A stretch of DNA of 32,000 nucleotides, taken from assembly GCA_964354495.1 (NCBI GenBank), contig CAYHAA010000001.1, positions 427,049-459,048 of the forward strand, given 5' to 3'. Below are positions 26,699 to 32,000 of the stretch, one piece after another (the stretch's first letter is position 1; every line of letters begins with the position of its first letter). The DNA comes from an uncultured archaeon (GTDB lineage Archaea; Asgardarchaeota; Thorarchaeia; Thorarchaeales; Thorarchaeaceae). The notes beneath the pieces were generated by a model, which did no database searches, had not been told where the DNA came from, and was given only the letters and a program-made list of their open reading frames with translations. The position numbers and the translations under genes are program-made.

Positions 26699-28405
26699 CT
26701 AAACAAAGAAACTCTCAGGTGGCTTTTCCCACACGTTTTCATCGGCTGAAGCGATTACGTACTGATAGCCCTGCTCAGTGAGAAACAACTGACGCTTTGC
26801 TGCGAAATCCATGTCTCTAGTATCCTTCGTAACAAGCGAGTAGAATCTGGCAAAGCTGCCATCCGTCTTCGGTCGGAGGATTCTCCCCAGACGTTGTGCT
26901 TCCTCCTGCCGCGACCCGAACGTTCCTGAAACTTGGATTGCGACATTCGCATCTGGCAAGTCGATTGCGAAGTTGGCAACCTTTGATACAATGAGTATCT
27001 TCTCAACTCCCCTGCGGAAGTCGGCATAGAGTCGCTCTCTTTCTTCATTACTAGTCTTACCCGTGATCAAAGGAGCTTCAACGTCTTTGGCAATGATACC
27101 AAGCTGATCGAGATACATACCAATGACAAGGACATTGTCATTCCTGTGATGTGCAAGTATCTTCTGGATTATATCCAGCTTCTCTGGATTCTCTGCAGCA
27201 ATCCTGTACTTCTTCCGGTCTTCTGCAATCGCGTATTGTCTTCTCATACTATCTGGAAGGTCCAGTCTTATCTCGTAACAGATGGCTGTGGCGATCCATC
27301 CCTGGTCTTCCAACAATTTCCAAGGCATGTCAAATCGTTTTGGTCCAATGAGGCTAAAGACATCCTCTTCCTTTCCGTCCTCTCGTACCAGCGTCGCCGT
27401 GAGACCCAACCTTCTGGTTGCCTGGATCGAGGCTGTCGCTCTGAACACAGGTGCTGGAAGTAAGTGTACTTCATCATAGATCAAGAGACCCCAATTCCTT
27501 GCCTCGAAGATCTTGAAGTGTTCGAACTCCAAATCCCGGGATCTGCGCCAGGTCAAGATTTGATATGTTGCAACTGTGACAGGACGAACCTCTTTGATAT
27601 CACCAGTGTATTCGCCTATATCCTCGGGTCTGAGCGTCGTCTTATCCAAGAGTTCCTGAATCCACTGCCTTACAGCGACAACATTCGGACAGAGGATCAG
27701 TGTCGATGTCTGAAGTCTTTGCATGGCGCCAATTCCCACCATGGTCTTCCCAGCACCGCAAGGTAGGACGACAACACCGGATCCCCCTCGTTCGCCTCCT
27801 CCAGCATAGAATGTGGCCACTGAATCTTCTTGATAGGTTCTAAGCCTCCAAGGCCTACCACTAAGAGTGTTGGTGCGAAGTTCAAAGGTGAGTTGCTCGC
27901 CCTCAATGTAACCTGCTATATCTTCTACAGGATGACCAATCTCAATCAGAGCTTGTTTGACAAATCCTCTCTGTGTTTCATCTACTTTGAATGTGAGCTC
28001 ATTCACTCTATCGAGTATATACTGCGTAATCTTCGTGTTTGCCCAGATCTCTTCTGCCAGATCCTGGTTCTCGCACAGAAGCAGAAGGTCGGAGCCCTCC
28101 TTGTAGAGTGAGAGTTGTCCATACCTTGACATGTAGTCGACGATTTCTCTGGAGATGTTTGCCGGAATTGGGTACTTCGCGAACTGCTCTAGGGCTGCTA
28201 TGACCTCATCAGGTGTCATTCCCATAGCCGCAGCATTCCATAGACTCAGGGGAGATATCTTGTACGTGTGGACGTATTCCGGGCTTTTCACTAGTTCAGC
28301 AAAACGTGCTAGAGAGTCCCTTGCATCCGCGTAGAGAGGATTGTCTACTTCCAGCAGCACTGATTTATCTGACTGGACTATTAGCGGATTGCTTGTCTTT
28401 GCCAT
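26699..28405 (-). CDS. xpb: XPB/Rad25/Ssl2 SF2 DNA translocase, long form with an N-terminal helicase-associated domain
   Basis: NPLIVQSD...TYKISPLSLWNA N-terminal domain, LPCGAGKT, DEVH, TATLVREDG (RED motif), QRLGRILR, KRQLFLTEQGY. Confidence 0.96.
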   Translation of the reverse strand: MAKTSNPLIVQSDKSVLLEVDNPLYADARDSLARFAELVKSPEYVHTYKISPLSLWNAAAMGMTPDEVIAALEQFAKYPIPANISREIVDYMSRYGQLSLYKEGSDLLLLCENQDLAEEIWANTKITQYILDRVNELTFKVDETQRGFVKQALIEIGHPVEDIAGYIEGEQLTFELRTNTLSGRPWRLRTYQEDSVATFYAGGGERGGSGVVVLPCGAGKTMVGIGAMQRLQTSTLILCPNVVAVRQWIQELLDKTTLRPEDIGEYTGDIKEVRPVTVATYQILTWRRSRDLEFEHFKIFEARNWGLLIYDEVHLLPAPVFRATASIQATRRLGLTATLVREDGKEEDVFSLIGPKRFDMPWKLLEDQGWIATAICYEIRLDLPDSMRRQYAIAEDRKKYRIAAENPEKLDIIQKILAHHRNDNVLVIGMYLDQLGIIAKDVEAPLITGKTSNEERERLYADFRRGVEKILIVSKVANFAIDLPDANVAIQVSGTFGSRQEEAQRLGRILRPKTDGSFARFYSLVTKDTRDMDFAAKRQLFLTEQGYQYVIASADENVWEKPPESFFV

Positions 28406-28581
28406 GACTGCTCGACTTCCAGACTTTGCTATCTGCCTGCTAGTGGTTTCGAACTAGGCAGAAATCGAAGAACAGCGAATTTCAAACGTGATAAATCCTT
28501 CCCTCTGGCCTTTGTTTTGTGTCCTGACCTGTAGTTATATTAGCAGCATGTAGGCGACAAGGTGCTTACGAGGCCGAAAAC

Positions 28582-30015
28582 ATGTCATGTACTGCCGAGA
28601 CGGTAAGCTCGCAGAGTCTCTATCGCGACCCTCGGGTGCTAGTCTTGGGCATCAATGCATTGCTAGTGATGCTAGGTTTTGGCATCGTGGCCCCATCAAT
28701 GGCGTACTATCTCATCGCGCTCGAGGGGGGTCTCACAGAGCCTCCGGGACCCAGCTATATTGTGCCCGCTGAAGTTGTAGCAGAATTCTCCCTAATCCTT
28801 GGAGTAATGATGGCAGCTTTCATGGGGACAAGAACGCTATTAGCAAGGTATTGGGGCGGTCTTTCCGATACCTATGGGAGAAAGCCAATAATCCTTCTAG
28901 GATTAGTAGGTTATTTTTTCCTTCTGCTTTTCTTCGGCCTGGTGCAGGATTGGATTCAAATGCTTGCAGTACGAGCATTGCAGGGCGTAGTATCTGCAAT
29001 GGTCTGGCCGACTGCTCAAGCTGCATTGATGGACATCGTTGGTCCAATTAGGAGGGGTGAAGGGATGGGCATATACATGACCCTTTCAAACATTGGCTTT
29101 GTTCTTGGTCCTGGAGTTGGAGGATTACTCTACAACTATAGTCGCGACTTCCTAGCATTGCCCGTGCCCGATGTTTTCAGAGTACCATACTATGTTGGAG
29201 CTCTCATCATACTGCCCTCTGTTATTGCGACTGCGGTGGTTCTCAGAGAAACCGCGCCCCGGAAACTTGAGGCCGCCTCTCTAAGAAGAGATGAGAAACA
29301 CGGCCTGACCACGGATGATGAAGAAGTGACTCCTCCCCCAACTCTTTTAGACAGCGGAAGAATGACTCCAAGAAGGCAGAAGATGATATACGTGCTTTTC
29401 TTGATGTCCGCTCTCGATGGACTCGCCATGGGTCTGGGTCAACCGGTATTACAGCTCTTTCTCATGAGTCGTATCACCACAGATATTGGCCTCATAGGAC
29501 TTGTCCTCTCAGGAGCAGGAGCTGTGGGTTTCTTGGTTTCTATCCCTGCAGGACGGTATTCAGATCGCCGTGGAAGGAAGGGGCTAGCTATCTGGGGCGC
29601 AGTCGGGGCCAGAATGAGTCTTGCTGCTCTGCCTCTTGCTACCAACTTGGTACAGACAAGTGCGGTATGGATTGGGCAGAACGCCGCGATGGCTGCCTCC
29701 CAACCTGCAATGGCTGCAATCCAAGCTGATATTGTGCCATGGAACCTTCGGGGCAAGTTCTTCGGAACAATCCAAGCCTTCCTCAATGCTGGTGCCACCG
29801 TTGGACCTCTTGTGGGCGGCTCATTGTTTGCGTATTTCTCATTGACTCTCATTCCAATTGGATCATTGTTGATTGACGGTGTCGTTATTCCATTTTGGCT
29901 GGCGTCGAGCTTGGGAATGATTGGAGTCTTTCTGCTCTGGAGGTATCTTGATGAAACTAAACCAATAGAGATGGTCGGGGCAGAAGATCAAGAAGGCCCT
30001 ACAGACTCCACATAG
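28582..30015 (+). CDS. MFS transporter, DHA1/TetA-like
   Basis: Motif A occurs twice (GGLSDTYGRKP, GRYSDRRGRKG); RALQG; about 12 TM helices. Confidence 0.93.
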   Translation: MSCTAETVSSQSLYRDPRVLVLGINALLVMLGFGIVAPSMAYYLIALEGGLTEPPGPSYIVPAEVVAEFSLILGVMMAAFMGTRTLLARYWGGLSDTYGRKPIILLGLVGYFFLLLFFGLVQDWIQMLAVRALQGVVSAMVWPTAQAALMDIVGPIRRGEGMGIYMTLSNIGFVLGPGVGGLLYNYSRDFLALPVPDVFRVPYYVGALIILPSVIATAVVLRETAPRKLEAASLRRDEKHGLTTDDEEVTPPPTLLDSGRMTPRRQKMIYVLFLMSALDGLAMGLGQPVLQLFLMSRITTDIGLIGLVLSGAGAVGFLVSIPAGRYSDRRGRKGLAIWGAVGARMSLAALPLATNLVQTSAVWIGQNAAMAASQPAMAAIQADIVPWNLRGKFFGTIQAFLNAGATVGPLVGGSLFAYFSLTLIPIGSLLIDGVVIPFWLASSLGMIGVFLLWRYLDETKPIEMVGAEDQEGPTDST

Positions 30016-30030
30016 AGGCTCTCAACTCTC

Positions 30031-30039
30031 GCTTTGACC
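30031..30039 (+). repeat. Left target-site duplication GCTTTGACC
   Basis: Identical to 30182-30190. Confidence 0.88.
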
Positions 30040-30181
30040 GGCTCTGTAGAATAAGTCACCCAAGATGTCAGAGTGAGTCGTACCCTTACCTTGGAATGTC
30101 AGAATCCGAGCATTTGATCGGTGAATCGATGACTCCTCCGGTCTTCTCGACACCAATCCCACCGACTTTTTCTACAGAGCC
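30040..30181. mobile_element. 142-bp non-autonomous MITE, IS5 family (IS903 subgroup-like)
   Basis: 18-bp TIRs GGCTCTGTAGAATAAGTC (30040-30057) and GACTTTTTCTACAGAGCC (30164-30181), with one mismatch, flanked by the 9-bp direct repeat GCTTTGACC. No ORF inside. Confidence 0.88.
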
Positions 30182-30190
30182 GCTTTGACC
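30182..30190 (+). repeat. Right target-site duplication GCTTTGACC
   Basis: Identical to 30031-30039. Confidence 0.88.
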
Positions 30191-30650
30191 GCAACGCCTA
30201 TATACTTCAGGAGAGGGCAAACATATTAGTTCAATGAAAACGGAGGTGTACGTGTATCAATGATTGCTACTGTTCTTATTAGAGCGGATACCTGCACCAA
30301 CGTTGATGGTGTCTGAGCGACATCTACTGCTTCTGTGTGCCTTCATTCGTTTCACGCATCATGTGTGAGGATACTTTGGAGCGCAACGCATCCTGTGGGT
30401 TTCTGCTTTTCTGGTTGCCATGAGCCACTAACAAACGATGCGTGTAACTCGTCAATGAGATGAATAAGAAGCGATGCAAAAACACAGACTCGGCAACGAT
30501 AATTGCCTAAATGTTCGCACTACATTGAGTGCGAACGCAGAGGAAGACACCAGTCGGATGGAGGGCACATCTAGGCACAGACGGACCTATCAGCCTAACG
30601 CCCAACAAATCAGAGAGATCTATTCTCCTTGCTATTCGAGGGTGATCTAA

Positions 30651-31469
30651 GTGGCTGGCGTAGTGGAGAAGCTGAATCCCAAGAAGCCCAGCGCACTCTC
30701 CGTTAAGAGGGACACTCAACGAGGTGACCAACGTGGATGGACCGTTGAGATTAAGGAACTCACTTTGAGCGAGGTCAAGGAAGACGCGATTCGTTTCGCA
30801 CTGGCAACCGATGTCGCCTATCAAATAAACGCTGGAAAGGAGGCATCCATCTATGTCGCGTATCATAGAGAGCATCCGATAATTCTGAAGGCATTCAGAT
30901 TCTGGCAGACCTCTCAGGCGAAGAAGTCCAAGGGATTCTTTGCTCCGGGCAGAATGCAGGTCCTAGCAGCAAAGGAATATGACCTTCTGTTGTCGTGCTT
31001 CAAGGCAGGAATGCATGTTCCCACTCCAATAGGACGTGTCGGCAACTACTTGACCCAGAGATTCATTGGCGACAACTTGGAGCCGGCTCCTCAACTCAGA
31101 GCTGTTGATCTTGAAGATCCCGAGAGCGTGCTAGATCGAATCCTAGATGATTATCTTGTGATGTATCGAGATGTCCACTATGTCCATGGAGATTTGAGCG
31201 CGTTCAACATTCTCTGGTGGAGAAACACACCTTGGATTATTGATATGCCCCAAGCTTGCTCTGTCGACCCTTGGTCTGATATGAAACAGGTCGAGAGTCT
31301 GCTTCGTCGAGATATCAGCAATGTTCTCAACTACTTCAAGAGATATGGAATATCGAGAGACCTCGATTACATTGTTCGGGTGTTCCTATCCGAATATGTT
31401 CCGGACAACCTCAGGAACTACTCAGAGGAAATTGCCTCCATAGTTGAGGAAGGTGAGATCGATGAGTAG
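30651..31469 (+). CDS. rio1: RIO1-family atypical Ser/Thr kinase, copy 1
   Basis: INAGKEASIY, ILKAF, VPTPI, VHGDLSAFNIL, IIDMPQ; GTG start with a GAGGGTGA SD; no N-terminal winged helix. Confidence 0.9.
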   Translation: MAGVVEKLNPKKPSALSVKRDTQRGDQRGWTVEIKELTLSEVKEDAIRFALATDVAYQINAGKEASIYVAYHREHPIILKAFRFWQTSQAKKSKGFFAPGRMQVLAAKEYDLLLSCFKAGMHVPTPIGRVGNYLTQRFIGDNLEPAPQLRAVDLEDPESVLDRILDDYLVMYRDVHYVHGDLSAFNILWWRNTPWIIDMPQACSVDPWSDMKQVESLLRRDISNVLNYFKRYGISRDLDYIVRVFLSEYVPDNLRNYSEEIASIVEEGEIDE

Positions 31470-32000
31470 AGTTGACAAGTTCAATCCACTGGCAAAGGGG
31501 ACAGCGATAGACCAGAAGCGTGACGCTCTTCGAGGAGGCACTAGCGGCAAGGCTCTCATGCAAGAACCAAAATACGCTGCTATTCGGAGTGATGCCATCA
31601 GCTATGGGCTTGTCACAGATGTTGTATGCCCCATGAGCGCGGGGAAGGAAGCGACTATCTTCTTGGCGAAGTGGAACAGCCACCCAATAGTCCTGAAGTC
31701 TTACAGAATCTGGGCCACTCCCCACAAGTTGTCAATGGGTAAAGGGCATATTCGAGAAGCAAGCGGAAAGAAGACACGCTTTATACTCGGCCTGATAGAG
31801 GACATCGTAGTGAAGGAATACGATATCCTCCAGTCTTGTTTCAAGGCGGGTATCCGAGTACCAACTCCAATCGGAAGAGTTGCGAACTACCTCACAATGC
31901 GCTTCATAGGTGACGAAGAAACTCCAGCTCCACAACTCCGAGAAGTGCAACTAGAGAATCCCGAATCGGTACTGAATCAGGTTCTTGACCAATACCTCAT
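31462..32000 (+). CDS. RIO1-family kinase, copy 2 (3'-truncated by the window edge; absent from the ORF track)
   Basis: Manual translation from ATG 31462 is open to the end: MSRVDKFNPL...MSAGKEATIF...VLKSYRIW...KEYDILQSCFKAGIRVPTPIGRVANYLTMRFIG. GGTGA SD at 31452; 8-bp overlap with copy 1. Confidence 0.92.
   Translation, partial: MSRVDKFNPLAKGTAIDQKRDALRGGTSGKALMQEPKYAAIRSDAISYGLVTDVVCPMSAGKEATIFLAKWNSHPIVLKSYRIWATPHKLSMGKGHIREASGKKTRFILGLIEDIVVKEYDILQSCFKAGIRVPTPIGRVANYLTMRFIGDEETPAPQLREVQLENPESVLNQVLDQYL

Noticed and set aside
28440-28460. GGTTTCGAAC as a tRNA T-loop
   Set aside because: No cloverleaf, acceptor stem or D-arm can be built around it.
30507-30875. 122-aa minus-strand ORF
   Set aside because: Mostly antisense to RIO kinase copy 1; no motifs.
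94-31950. Remaining short ORFs in the six-frame track nested in or antisense to the genes listed
   Set aside because: They overlap well-supported genes and lack SD signals, motifs or plausible composition.
1-32000. Selenocysteine recoding, CRISPR arrays, integrases or defence islands
   Set aside because: No in-frame TGA interrupts a recognisable domain, there are no regularly spaced repeats, and no recombinase, nuclease or transposase ORF was seen.

Overview
Gene-dense archaeal window: TATA-like boxes, GGTGA/GGAGG Shine-Dalgarno motifs, and Cdc6/Orc1, RFC, RadA-fold, DUF2240 and RIO families. The protein styles suggest an Asgard archaeon, probably Thorarchaeia; this is inference, since no marker gene is present. 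In order, it contains: the 3' part of a giant single-pass surface protein; a degenerate RadA-fold protein; a Zn-ribbon protein; a stand-alone GcvH; a degenerate Cdc6/Orc1; a GlcD/GlcF-like dehydrogenase pair plus malic enzyme; a SagB-type nitroreductase; two tandem BCP peroxiredoxins; an operon of three paralogous 4-TM proteins of unknown family; a core (MetE-like) methionine synthase; a DNA-repair-like cluster; an MFS transporter; a 142-bp IS903-type MITE with a 9-bp target duplication; and two tandem RIO kinases, the second missed by the ORF track. The repair-like cluster comprises a p52/Tfb2-like protein, an RFC small subunit with a large insertion, DUF2240, an APH-like kinase and a long-form XPB. 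The best candidates for undescribed systems are (1) the XPB + p52-like + variant RFC cluster, which resembles a minimal TFIIH/NER core, and (2) the three-paralogue membrane operon. No rRNA, tRNA or CRISPR array was seen. All family calls come from motif recognition by eye, and reference sequences were recalled from memory; no searches were run.
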